Source of the DNA: Candidatus Nealsonbacteria bacterium
GTDB lineage: Bacteria; Patescibacteriota; Minisyncoccia; Minisyncoccales; PWPS01
DNA length: 64,000 nt
NCBI GenBank assembly: GCA_003555075.1
Contig: PWHW01000006.1
Span: 14,728-78,727, forward strand
Direction of reading: 5' to 3'
Below, piece after piece: positions 35,588 to 44,314 of the stretch. The translations under genes and the position numbers were made by a program. The stretch's first letter is position 1. Every line of letters begins with the position of its first letter. The notes beneath the pieces were generated by a model. It was given only the letters and a program-made list of their open reading frames with translations. It did not search any database and was not told where the DNA came from.

Positions 35588-36613
35588 TCATTTCTCTTTT
35601 TGTTCCTTATCCTCCTCGTCTTCCTTGGAGTGATAATTGGAATTCTCCTCTTTTAACTTCTTAATGATCTTTTTTGCTTTTTTCAGCTCTTTCTTCAATT
35701 CTACCATCTTCACCTCTCTTCCGACCATCAATTTGTTGGCCTTTTCGTACTCCTCCACCTGTCTTTTCAATTCTTTGGTCCTTTCGTCCACCTGTCTTTC
35801 CAGCTCCTCATTGAGTTCCTTCAATTCCTTGGTTCTCGCATTCACCCTTATTTCCAAAACCTGCTTTTGTTCCTCCATTTTCTCCTGATAACCCCTAAGT
35901 CTGCGCACCATTCTATTAAAAGAATGCGATATACTTCTCACCTCTTTGGTCCCTCTGGGTTTTATGGGATCGATCCTCAGCTTCCCTCTTCCTATCTTCT
36001 CCTGCTCTTTGCATATCTTTTTTATCGGAGAGATAACAGAAAAATAAAAAATAACAATAAAAACAAAGAAAATGAACAAAAGAGTGGAAAACACCCATGC
36101 ATAACCCATATAAGCCAACTCTTTTGCTTCTTTCAAAAGATCTTCCACTGAACTTGCCAATACGATCACTTGCCCTTCTTTCCCCGGATGAACGATCTTC
36201 TTTACTCTTTCTCCTTCTATGATACCGTCTCTTACTTGAGTTTTGTCAGTGTCCAGAGCTGTCCTTGCAACATCAACTAATTTCTCATCAAACCCTCTCT
36301 CTTCTTCCAAGCTTGTCTTTTTTACACTTCCATCCCCTTCTATTACCTGAATATATCTAACATCCTCAATTCCCGCTATGCTTTCCAGTAAAACATCATC
36401 CACTTCTTCCCGATCATCGCTTTCATTATATTTAAACTGAGAAGAGTATAATAGTTCGTTTGCTATAATGACCAACGACCTCCTTTCCTCCACACGCCTT
36501 TCAATGGTTTCTTCTTGCCAAGCTTGCACTCCCAAAAATATCACTCCAAAGAAGAATAGTAACACTATTCCGCAAACAATAAATATTATGTGATGTAGAG
36601 AAAGTCTCCTCAT
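35588..36613 (-). CDS. Membrane sensor-like protein: TM, extracytoplasmic domain, TM, HAMP and coiled coil, with no output domain
   Basis: Two TM segments flank an approximately 140-aa ectodomain. HAMP-like region ISPIKKICKEQEKIGRGKLRI...SHSFNRMVRRLR. A duplicated RTKELK signalling-helix motif and GREVKMVELKKELKK follow, then a K/E tail and the stop. Confidence 0.6.
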   Translation of the reverse strand: MRRLSLHHIIFIVCGIVLLFFFGVIFLGVQAWQEETIERRVEERRSLVIIANELLYSSQFKYNESDDREEVDDVLLESIAGIEDVRYIQVIEGDGSVKKTSLEEERGFDEKLVDVARTALDTDKTQVRDGIIEGERVKKIVHPGKEGQVIVLASSVEDLLKEAKELAYMGYAWVFSTLLFIFFVFIVIFYFSVISPIKKICKEQEKIGRGKLRIDPIKPRGTKEVRSISHSFNRMVRRLRGYQEKMEEQKQVLEIRVNARTKELKELNEELERQVDERTKELKRQVEEYEKANKLMVGREVKMVELKKELKKAKKIIKKLKEENSNYHSKEDEEDKEQKEK

Positions 36614-36924
36614 TCTTTTTGACCAATCATTTAGGATGAGACATTTTCTTGCCCGATCATGGATTCATCATGATGCAAACAATCATCAAAGCCTTCATTT
36701 TCCTTGAAAAAAAGTATATTCTTTCAGTCTAGCACCTTTGATAGTAAAATAAAACATTGCTTGATGCTTTCGTTCATCGGTATGCCAAAAATGGTTTCAA
36801 AAAAGCATGTGTTTGAGTAATATTATAAGAACAAAAAGGTAACAAACAAGATAGGAAATTTATTTTGCCCTAGGTCAAAAAGACTTTGTCCTAACTGCTT
36901 CCCTTTTTGTCCTATTTGCATCTC

Positions 36925-36953
36925 TTGACATTCAATTGTCTTACCAGTAAAAT
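36925..36953 (+). promoter_or_regulatory. Near-consensus sigma-70-like promoter in intergenic region
   Basis: TTGACA (36925-36930), 17-nt spacer, TAAAAT (36948-36953). Confidence 0.6.
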
Positions 36954-36975
36954 GCTCACAAATCAATAAAGTTAC

Positions 36976-37053
36976 ATGAATCACTCGGTAAAAGCAATTA
37001 ATGTAGTGGTGGTCGTGGTCCTTCTTTTAAAGAAGGGGGCTTTGTTGTGCTAA
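36976..37053 (+). CDS. Candidate 25-aa hydrophobic peptide (or non-coding small transcript)
   Basis: Peptide MNHSVKAINVVVVVVLLLKKGALLC lies between the promoter and the terminator. There is no clear SD. Confidence 0.3.
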   Translation: MNHSVKAINVVVVVVLLLKKGALLC

Positions 37054-37076
37054 AAAAAGAATGTAAAAAAACAAAG

Positions 37077-37103
37077 CCTCCCGCAAAAAATCGGGAGGTT
37101 TTT
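37077..37103. terminator. Intrinsic terminator hairpin (T-runs on both strands)
   Basis: Stem CCTCCCG/CGGGAGG with an 8-nt A-rich loop. T5 run on +, CTTTGTTTTTTT on -. Confidence 0.7.
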
Positions 37104-37104
37104 C

Positions 37105-37258
37105 ATTCTCCTCGTACTCAAGGGAAAATTTCCTTTGCGTACGGGGAGAATGAGGCGAATCCCTCACCGGGGCACCGAAATTCCGTTTGCGGGAGACCCC
37201 CCAAGCAGGATCATCGGTCATTCGCCTCTCTTCCCGTAACCAAAGGGAGGGAGCCAAA
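37105..37258. ncRNA. G+C-rich highly structured intergenic element (candidate ncRNA, class and strand unresolved)
   Basis: 13-bp hairpin ATTCTCCTCGTAC/GTACGGGGAGAAT. A long-range 9-bp stem GAGGCGAAT/ATTCGCCTC encloses about 60 nt. A further hairpin CTTCCC/GGGAGG follows. The element is bracketed by two terminators and is visibly G+C-richer than its flanks. Confidence 0.45.
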
Positions 37259-37260
37259 GC

Positions 37261-37289
37261 AAAAGACCCTTTTGAAAGGGTCTTTTTTT
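37261..37289. terminator. Bidirectional intrinsic terminator
   Basis: 8-bp stem AGACCCTT/AAGGGTCT with loop TTGA. T7 run on +, A-run upstream (T-run on -). It directly follows the stop of the SIMPL gene. Confidence 0.8.
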
Positions 37290-37290
37290 A

Positions 37291-38076
37291 TTATCTTATT
37301 TCGTACTCTATTATCACACTTGATGTGATCTCGCTCTCACCGGGCTCTATGGGAACCTCCTCCTCGGCAACATCTTCCATGGCCACCTCTCTCATGTCAG
37401 CTTCCATAAAGGGAGTCCTGTAAAATGCTTTGTCCTCGGAGAAATCAAGTACCCTTCCCAAGGAGACCTCAAGAGAGGCAGCAATACTTTCCGCCCTATC
37501 CTCTGCTTCTCTTATAGCTTCTTCTCTTGCCTGTGATTTGTACTCCTCCTCATTTTCTATGGAGAAGCGAAGATTCTTCACCTCGTTAGCACCAGCTCTT
37601 ATCGCACCGTCAATAAGGGACCCCACATCTTCCAGATCCTTAAATTCAACCTCCACGGTGTTGCGAGCCTCATAAGCATAGATGACCCTTTCCCTCTCTC
37701 CGGTTCTCTCATCTTCCCTGTGGTCATACAAAGGACGCATATCAAAGCCGGAAGTTTGGATCATGTCCTCTTCCACTCCCTCTTCTTTTAAGTAAGAAAT
37801 GACGTTTTCCGTCTTCTCATTATTTTCATTTAGAGCTTCCTCGCTATCCTCTTCTTGAGTAATCACCGAAAGGTATATTTCCGCCACATCGGGAGCTGCA
37901 GACACCTCTCCTTCTCCGTGCACTTCAATAGTACGAAGGTGATCGCTCTCAAGGCCTATATAGCCCGCCCTCTTCACTTCGTTACTTATCAGGACAAAAA
38001 CAAAAACAGCGAGAAGAGCCAAGAATACCGTTGCTACCACGATAAAGACGGATCTTATTCTTTTTTCTACTTCCAT
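37291..38076 (-). CDS. SIMPL/DUF541-family secreted protein
   Basis: N-terminal TM segment (VFIVVATVFLALLAVFVFVLI). Family-like region LRFSIENEEEYKSQAREEAIREAEDRAESIAASLEVSLGRVL. Start chosen at MEVEKR; the alternative GTG at 38133 is possible. Confidence 0.75.
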   Translation of the reverse strand: MEVEKRIRSVFIVVATVFLALLAVFVFVLISNEVKRAGYIGLESDHLRTIEVHGEGEVSAAPDVAEIYLSVITQEEDSEEALNENNEKTENVISYLKEEGVEEDMIQTSGFDMRPLYDHREDERTGERERVIYAYEARNTVEVEFKDLEDVGSLIDGAIRAGANEVKNLRFSIENEEEYKSQAREEAIREAEDRAESIAASLEVSLGRVLDFSEDKAFYRTPFMEADMREVAMEDVAEEEVPIEPGESEITSSVIIEYEIR

Positions 38077-38157
38077 GGTTTTTTTGTTTATTGATTTAAT
38101 TATACGACCATTTATATAAAGAAAGGATAGCACCTGAAAGAGTAAAAATAAAGAGAG

Positions 38158-38186
38158 TTGACTTTTGTGAGACCAAGTGCTAGGAT
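38158..38186 (+). promoter_or_regulatory. Candidate promoter of the V/A-ATPase operon
   Basis: TTGACT (38158-38163), 17-nt spacer, TAGGAT (38181-38186). Confidence 0.5.
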
Positions 38187-38267
38187 ACTGCCTTGGTGCG
38201 GGCAGGTTGTCGCCCGAGTTTGGTTTCGTTCATTGAATCCGAAGGAAATTTAACTGTAAAATCGACT

Positions 38268-38573
38268 ATGCAAGACTCTTTAACACAAATAAAAAACGCG
38301 GAAGAAACCACCGAAAAGCAGTTGGAAGAAGTAAAGGATAGACTAGAGGAAGAGTTAAGAGAAAGAAACGAATTCTGGAAAAAAAAGAAAGAAGCAATGC
38401 TGGAGAACCACAAGAACTCCCTGAGGTCCTTGGATGAGAAGGTGGAAAGAAAGTGGAAAGAAAGAGAAAAGAGAATACTGGAAGAGAACGAAAAAGAAAT
38501 AAAAAGAATAAAAGAGAACTATAAAAAGAATATTGACTCCCTGTCAAAGAAGGTAATTGAAGAGCTTATATGA
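38268..38573 (+). CDS. V/A-type ATPase peripheral-stalk subunit (G/H-like coiled coil)
   Basis: An approximately 100-aa charged coiled coil, first gene of the operon and overlapping the subunit I start. Start set at MQDSLTQIKNAEE because the track start lies in the promoter. Confidence 0.5.
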   Translation: MQDSLTQIKNAEETTEKQLEEVKDRLEEELRERNEFWKKKKEAMLENHKNSLRSLDEKVERKWKEREKRILEENEKEIKRIKENYKKNIDSLSKKVIEELI

Positions 38574-40486
38574 ATCTTCCCGCAAAAAAGGTTGAAATAA
38601 TAGGATTGAAAGAAAAGTATAAAGAAATACTGGAAGAACTTCAGCTTACCGGAGTAGCAGAGGTGATCTCCGTAGATGCCGAAAAATCAAAGAAAAAGGA
38701 AGGTTTTCATAAAAGAAAGCAGCAGCTGGAATTTGAGCTCGCTCAAGCAAAGTTCGTTAAAACCTTTCTTTCCGGTTATGCCCCGAAAGAGAATTTCGTT
38801 ACCGGTCTTATAGACAGCTTCTGCCCGGAAAAAAAGAAGTGCACATTGGAAGAGCTCCAGAACCTGGCCAGTTCCGAAACCACCAAAGAAACCACCAAGA
38901 AGTGCCAAGAAATAGAAAGGAGCCTCAACGAGATAATCTCCAAAAGAGAATCGCTACAAAGGGAGATCAAGGATGTTGAGAAGTTCTCGGGAATCTCTCT
39001 CATATCATCAAAAGGCCTGCAAAACTTTGAGATATTCACAGGATCCATCTCCAAGGAAAAGAAAGATAATCTATTAGATACTCTAAGAGAAAAGAGTATT
39101 TTCTTTTATATAGAATGGGGAACTCCAAAAGAGGGAAGAGATGCAGGATTTTCTATGGTTTACCCGAAAGGAGAAAAGGAATTTGTCAGGATCGCGGAAA
39201 GCGCGGGAGCTAAAAGCGAGCCACTTCCCTCTTCCGAAAAAGCGCCCTCTGTGGTGCTCAAAGAAAAAAAAGAGGCACTCAAGAACCTCAAAGAACAAGA
39301 AGAAAAAGAAAAACAAAGAGCAAGAGCGCTCTCAGAGGAAATACCGAAATTTGAAGCGTTGATCGATTTTTATACTTGGGAACTTGAGAAAACAGAGGTC
39401 TTCGAAATCAGCAAGGAAACCAAAAATTATTTTTACTTGAAAGCATGGATAAAGGGGGATGAGCTTGAGAATATAGAAAAAAGACTAAAAAAGATAACCC
39501 CTTATTTGACCATAGAAGAATTGGAGCTTGAAAAAGGAGAGGCGGCACCGGTCTTTGTAGAGAATGAAGGCATCATGAAGAGCTTCGAGGTAGTGACCAA
39601 GGTTTACGGATTCCCGAAAAGCAACGAACCGGATCCAACTCCTTATCTTGCCCCCTTCTTTGCAGTGGCTTTCGGGCTGGCATTATCGGATGCGGGTTAC
39701 GGGATTCTTCTCATAGCATTCTCCCTTCTTATGAAAAAGAGGCTTGAAGAGGCCACGGATTTCTTCAATCTGTTCATGATCTCCGGAGGATTTACCATTA
39801 TTGCCGGGCTTCTTACGGGAACTTTCTTCGGAACAGACCTTTTTCAAGGATTGAGAGTCATGGATGCAATGGAAAATCCCATACAAATAATGATCCTTGT
39901 ATCCGTATTGGGAATAATACAGATAATAGCGGGGGTGCTCATAGGACTATTTTGGAACCTCAAGCAAGGAAGAAAAGACATAGCTTTTGGACCGAAACTG
40001 GGGTCTCTGGTCTTTTTTGGGGGACTAGGAATCTTTTTTCTCACAGAAAGTCTTTTTGCTCTCATCGCCTCCATAATCTTGATGATGGGACTAAACATAT
40101 ACTTCAAGAAAGCCGATAGCATACTTCAAAAAGTTGCCGGAGGATTCGGGTCGCTTTACGATCTCATAGGTTACTTTAGTGACGTCCTTTCCTATTCAAG
40201 GCTCCTGGCGCTAGGACTTGCTACGGGAATCATTGCCATGACCATAAACATGATAGCCGAAATATCAATGGAAATGATTCCCGTGGCCGGTCTAAATTTG
40301 CTTATAGCCGGAGCAATATTGATCTTCGGTCATTTTGCAAATCTGGCCATAAACTCCTTGAGCAGTTTCATACATTCTGCAAGGCTTCAATTCGTGGAAT
40401 TCTTTTCCAAATTCATGGAAGGCGGAGGAGAGGAAATAAAACCACTTAGAAAACAAGGTCGTTTTATAAAAGTCGTTAACAAATAA
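38570..40486 (+). CDS. ntpI: V/A-type ATPase subunit I (a-subunit, membrane stator)
   Basis: 638 aa with a soluble N-terminal half plus a polytopic C-terminal half carrying the conserved Arg context SYSRLLALGLA. Confidence 0.85.
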   Translation: MNLPAKKVEIIGLKEKYKEILEELQLTGVAEVISVDAEKSKKKEGFHKRKQQLEFELAQAKFVKTFLSGYAPKENFVTGLIDSFCPEKKKCTLEELQNLASSETTKETTKKCQEIERSLNEIISKRESLQREIKDVEKFSGISLISSKGLQNFEIFTGSISKEKKDNLLDTLREKSIFFYIEWGTPKEGRDAGFSMVYPKGEKEFVRIAESAGAKSEPLPSSEKAPSVVLKEKKEALKNLKEQEEKEKQRARALSEEIPKFEALIDFYTWELEKTEVFEISKETKNYFYLKAWIKGDELENIEKRLKKITPYLTIEELELEKGEAAPVFVENEGIMKSFEVVTKVYGFPKSNEPDPTPYLAPFFAVAFGLALSDAGYGILLIAFSLLMKKRLEEATDFFNLFMISGGFTIIAGLLTGTFFGTDLFQGLRVMDAMENPIQIMILVSVLGIIQIIAGVLIGLFWNLKQGRKDIAFGPKLGSLVFFGGLGIFFLTESLFALIASIILMMGLNIYFKKADSILQKVAGGFGSLYDLIGYFSDVLSYSRLLALGLATGIIAMTINMIAEISMEMIPVAGLNLLIAGAILIFGHFANLAINSLSSFIHSARLQFVEFFSKFMEGGGEEIKPLRKQGRFIKVVNK

Positions 40487-40489
40487 ATT

Positions 40490-40963
40490 ATGGAAATAGG
40501 AATAGTATTGGCAATGCTTGCGGCAGGACTTGCAGTAACCTTGCCTTGTATAGGTTCCGCTGTAGCTCTTTCGCAAGTAGGAAGATCGGCTTCGGGACTC
40601 ATTTCCGAAGAACCCGAGAAGTTCGGTAAAGCGCTTCTCCTGCAGGTGCTTCCCGGAACTCAAGGTATTTACGGTTTCCTTGCTGCAGTATTGATCCTTC
40701 AGGAAGTGGGGCTTTTCGCCGAAGAAATGCTGGAGGTCTCCGCGGGAGTGGGATGGCAAATCCTTATGGCATCCATACCGATAGCCTTTGCCGGAATAAT
40801 GTCAAGCATTATGCAAGGAAAAGTTTCTTCCGCCGGAATATCCACTTTGGCCAAAAAACCCGAGGAAACAGGGAAAGCTATTATACTTTCTGCCATGGTG
40901 GAAACTTATGCGGTAATAGCGCTTCTTTTGACCATCCTCATCTTAAACGGAATAACAGTGTAA
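40490..40963 (+). CDS. ntpK: V/A-type ATPase proteolipid subunit K (4-TM, duplicated c)
   Basis: Very close to my recollection of Enterococcus hirae NtpK: EPEKFGKALLLQVLPGTQGIYGF, IPIAFAGIMSSIMQGKVSSAG and SAMVETYAVIALL. Confidence 0.9.
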   Translation: MEIGIVLAMLAAGLAVTLPCIGSAVALSQVGRSASGLISEEPEKFGKALLLQVLPGTQGIYGFLAAVLILQEVGLFAEEMLEVSAGVGWQILMASIPIAFAGIMSSIMQGKVSSAGISTLAKKPEETGKAIILSAMVETYAVIALLLTILILNGITV

Positions 40964-40967
40964 AAAA

Positions 40968-41546
40968 ATGCCTTTGGAAGATCTAATAGCAAAAGTTAAA
41001 GAAAAACAGAAGGAGAAAGAGAGGGCCCTAAAAAGAAAACAAGAAAAAAAGATCAAAAACCTCGACGAAAAGTGGAGAAAAAAGCTTCGTGCCCTTGAAG
41101 ATAAACTTCAAAAGAAAAAGGAGAAAAAGAAAGAGGAAGCTTTGCTGCAAAAGGAAAGAAAAAGGGCGTTTGAGCTCAAAATGGAAAGACTGAAACTAAA
41201 GAGAGACCTTTCCGAAGAGGCGAAGAAGAAAATATTGGAGGATATGGAGAACCTCTCTCCGGAGGAAAAAAGGAAGATCTTTGCTTCTTACCTGAAAAGG
41301 ACGGAGAATTTCATAGAAGAAAGTAACAAGATAGTGGTACCAAGAGGAAAAAAAGAGGAAGCACAGAAGATTCTAAAAGAAGTGGGGATAGAAAGGGAGC
41401 CTTCGGAGGAAAGGGTGGATTTTTCAGAAGGATTTCTTTTCTTGGGAGATAATTGGTCCTTAAAGGTAACTATGGAGAAAATATTGCGAGAAAACCTTAA
41501 AAACAAAAAGAAAGAGTTCTCCAGAAACCTTTTCGGAGATCTATGA
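40968..41546 (+). CDS. ntpE: V/A-type ATPase subunit E (stator stalk)
   Basis: K/E-rich N-terminal helix plus a globular C-terminus; operon position between K and C. Confidence 0.6.
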   Translation: MPLEDLIAKVKEKQKEKERALKRKQEKKIKNLDEKWRKKLRALEDKLQKKKEKKKEEALLQKERKRAFELKMERLKLKRDLSEEAKKKILEDMENLSPEEKRKIFASYLKRTENFIEESNKIVVPRGKKEEAQKILKEVGIEREPSEERVDFSEGFLFLGDNWSLKVTMEKILRENLKNKKKEFSRNLFGDL

Positions 41547-42268
41547 AGTATCTTTTCTTAAATTCCTATCTCGAAGCACGGGAAAAGCATATCGCGAATT
41601 GGACGGATTTTGACCGCATGATAAACAGCAAGGACAAGAGATCGGCCTTGGAGGTATTGCAGAACACGGATTACGGAATCTACGCTTTGGAAAGCGACTC
41701 CCCGGAAGAAATAATAAGAAAGGAGAAAGAATCCTTCAGGAAAGATTTGGTCAAAATGGGATATCAGCATTTGGCCGACCTTTATTTCTTGAAGGAAGAC
41801 ATAACGAATCTTCGAATACTGTTAAAGAACAAGTTGCTCGGGACAAAAACGGAGCTAAACCCCCTTGGGAAAGATGAGAGGAATCTAAAAAAAGAATTCG
41901 AGGAAGAAATGAAAGAAGCCGGAAAAATAAAAAGTTTCGCGCTACTCGACGATCACCTGACAGAAATTCATCTTAAAAGGATGAAAGAGCATGCCAAGGA
42001 GGACAACAAGACAAACAGCTTCATTAATGAATATGAAGAAGTCTTGAGAAATTCTTCGGGTAAAGCGCGGGAAGAAAGAATAAGAGAAATAGAGGAGGAT
42101 TTCATGAGAAGCAAGAGAAAAGAAAATGAAGGTCTTGCTCCCGTCATCGCTTATTTCATGCAAAAGTGGAGAGCGGAAAAGTTCATCAAGACCATAATTT
42201 CGGGAAAAGAAGCGGGCCTTTTTCCTTCGGAAATAAAAACAGTCCTGCATAATCTAAGAATATTATGA
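41543..42268 (+). CDS. ntpC: V/A-type ATPase subunit C (d-like), short form
   Basis: Assigned by synteny (E-C-F-A-B-D). At 241 aa it is shorter than typical C subunits. Confidence 0.5.
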   Translation: MKYLFLNSYLEAREKHIANWTDFDRMINSKDKRSALEVLQNTDYGIYALESDSPEEIIRKEKESFRKDLVKMGYQHLADLYFLKEDITNLRILLKNKLLGTKTELNPLGKDERNLKKEFEEEMKEAGKIKSFALLDDHLTEIHLKRMKEHAKEDNKTNSFINEYEEVLRNSSGKAREERIREIEEDFMRSKRKENEGLAPVIAYFMQKWRAEKFIKTIISGKEAGLFPSEIKTVLHNLRIL

Positions 42269-42555
42269 GCAAAGCAGCATTCATAGCGCCAAAAGCCTAC
42301 TGTCGTTCCTTTAGACTCTTAGGTTTTCATTGCTATGAAGCAAACAAAGAGGAGGAAGCACAAGAGCTTATAAAAAAACTTAAAGAAGAGGGTTATGTTC
42401 TTATCATGACCACCGAGGATCTGGTGTCAGATGCCGGCTATCAAGCGGTGGTCTTGCCGGGAATAAAGAAAGGAGACGGAAAAGAGGCTCTCAACAAGCA
42501 AATAGAAAAAGCCTTGGGAGGGGCAGTTTCCGCCTCCTTTCTAGATGCAGAATAA
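42265..42555 (+). CDS. ntpF: V/A-type ATPase subunit F
   Basis: About 96 aa. [18 protein letters not shown]...[12 protein letters not shown] matches the subunit F pattern. Confidence 0.7.
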   Translation: MSKAAFIAPKAYCRSFRLLGFHCYEANKEEEAQELIKKLKEEGYVLIMTTEDLVSDAGYQAVVLPGIKKGDGKEALNKQIEKALGGAVSASFLDAE

Positions 42556-44287
42556 TAAAAAAACCATGATGAGCACAAACAAAAATCCAAAATCGAAAGG
42601 AAAGGAGGGAGTGATCACCAAGGTTTCCGGCCCCCTTGTTGTTGCAGAGAATATGGAAGGAGCCAGTATTTACGAGGTGGTAAAAGTGGGAGCCGAAGGT
42701 CTTTCGGGGGAAGTGATCGAAATGAGAGAAGGAGTGGCTTCTATTCAAGTTTATGAAGAAACCACCGGGATCGGACCGGGAGAATCGGTAGAAAGAACCG
42801 GATCGCAGCTTTCCGTGGTTCTTGGCCCCGGGCTTCTCGGAGCAATATATGACGGAATACAAAGGCCTTTGGATTCCATTCATGAAAAAGCCGGGGATTT
42901 TATAACCCGCGGTATCGAAGTTCCCGCCTTGAGTAAGGAAAAGAAGTGGCTTTTTAAGCCGATAGCAAAAAAAGGGGATACGGTTACCGGAGGTGATGTA
43001 CTCGGAGAAGTAAAAGAAACAAGTGCCATTTCACACAAAATAATGGTACCTCCCTCCGTAGAAGATGCGGAGCTGACTCACATAGAAAAAGGAGAATATA
43101 GCATTGAAGAACCCGTGGCACGCATCAAAACGGAAGAGGGCGAGGAAAATATAACCATGCTTCAAGTGTGGCCCATTAGAAGCCCGAGGCCCATAAAGGA
43201 AAAACTATTACCGCAGGAACCTCTCATTACGGGACAAAGGGTTGTGGATGCATTCTTTCCGGTAGCAAAAGGAGGAACCGCAAGTGTTCCCGGTCCTTTT
43301 GGGTCTGGAAAAACGGTGGTACAACATCAGTTGGCCAAATGGTCCGATGCGGATGTTATAGTTTTCATAGGGTGTGGAGAAAGAGGTAATGAGATGACGG
43401 AAGTACTTCAAGAGTTTCCCGAGCTGGAAGACCCGAGGACCGGAAAACCCTTAATGGAAAGAACTGTTCTAATAGCAAACACCTCCAATATGCCGGTTGC
43501 TGCAAGGGAGGCTTCCATTTACACCGGAATAACCATAGCAGAATACTTTCGAGATATGGGATATAAAGTAGCTCTTATGGCAGACTCCACTTCAAGATGG
43601 GCGGAGGCTTTAAGAGAGATGTCCGCAAGATTGGAAGAAATGCCGGGAGAGGAGGGTTATCCCGCTTATTTGGGCTCCAAGATCGCTGCTTTTTACGAGA
43701 GGGCAGGATATGTAAGCTGTAAAGGAAAGAAGAAGAGAGAGGGTTCTCTCACCGTGATAGGCGCCGTTTCACCTCCGGGAGGAGATCTTTCAGAGCCTGT
43801 AACGCAAAACAGCTTAAGAACCAGTAAAGTCTTCTGGAGTCTGGAAGATGACCTTGCGAACGCCAGACACTTTCCGGCAATAAGTTGGCTCAACAGCTAC
43901 TCTTTATACACAAAGGACCTTTCGGAATTCTTTGAGAAGGAATTGGGTAAAGAATTCAAAAAGAACAGGGATCAGGCAATGAAAATACTTTCCAAAGAAG
44001 CGGAACTTGAGGAAATAGTAAGACTGGTAGGTTTTGAGGCACTCTCCGGGAAAGACAAGCTCACAATGGAAACAGCGAAGATATTAAGAGAAGACTTTTT
44101 GATGCAAGATGCTTTTGATGAGATCGATACCTTCTGTCCGTTAAAAAAGCAAGCGAAAATGCTCAAAGCGATCATCGACTTCTACAGGAAAGGAGAAAGG
44201 ATGCTTGATGGTAACGAGGATGTAGAAAAGGTCCTAAACTTGGAAGAAAAGAAGAAAATAGCCGAATTAAAATTCGCCTCCAAATAA
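42545..44287 (+). CDS. ntpA: V/A-type ATPase catalytic subunit A
   Basis: Walker [12 protein letters not shown], motifs ERGNEM and [15 protein letters not shown]; 580 aa. Confidence 0.95.
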   Translation: MQNNKKTMMSTNKNPKSKGKEGVITKVSGPLVVAENMEGASIYEVVKVGAEGLSGEVIEMREGVASIQVYEETTGIGPGESVERTGSQLSVVLGPGLLGAIYDGIQRPLDSIHEKAGDFITRGIEVPALSKEKKWLFKPIAKKGDTVTGGDVLGEVKETSAISHKIMVPPSVEDAELTHIEKGEYSIEEPVARIKTEEGEENITMLQVWPIRSPRPIKEKLLPQEPLITGQRVVDAFFPVAKGGTASVPGPFGSGKTVVQHQLAKWSDADVIVFIGCGERGNEMTEVLQEFPELEDPRTGKPLMERTVLIANTSNMPVAAREASIYTGITIAEYFRDMGYKVALMADSTSRWAEALREMSARLEEMPGEEGYPAYLGSKIAAFYERAGYVSCKGKKKREGSLTVIGAVSPPGGDLSEPVTQNSLRTSKVFWSLEDDLANARHFPAISWLNSYSLYTKDLSEFFEKELGKEFKKNRDQAMKILSKEAELEEIVRLVGFEALSGKDKLTMETAKILREDFLMQDAFDEIDTFCPLKKQAKMLKAIIDFYRKGERMLDGNEDVEKVLNLEEKKKIAELKFASK

Positions 44288-44314
44288 GTTAACAAGAAAA
44301 GAGGCTAAAAAAAT

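Noticed and set aside
37105-37258. Attempted assignment of the G+C-rich element to SRP RNA, RNase P RNA, tmRNA, 6S RNA, or purine/glycine/ykkC riboswitches.
   Set aside because: Only fragmentary string similarities were found (AAGCAGG, GCACCGAAA, GCGGGAGA). The defining conserved cores (SRP GNRA loop plus AGCA symmetric loop, RNase P GAGGAAAGUCC, tmRNA tRNA-like ends) are absent by eye.
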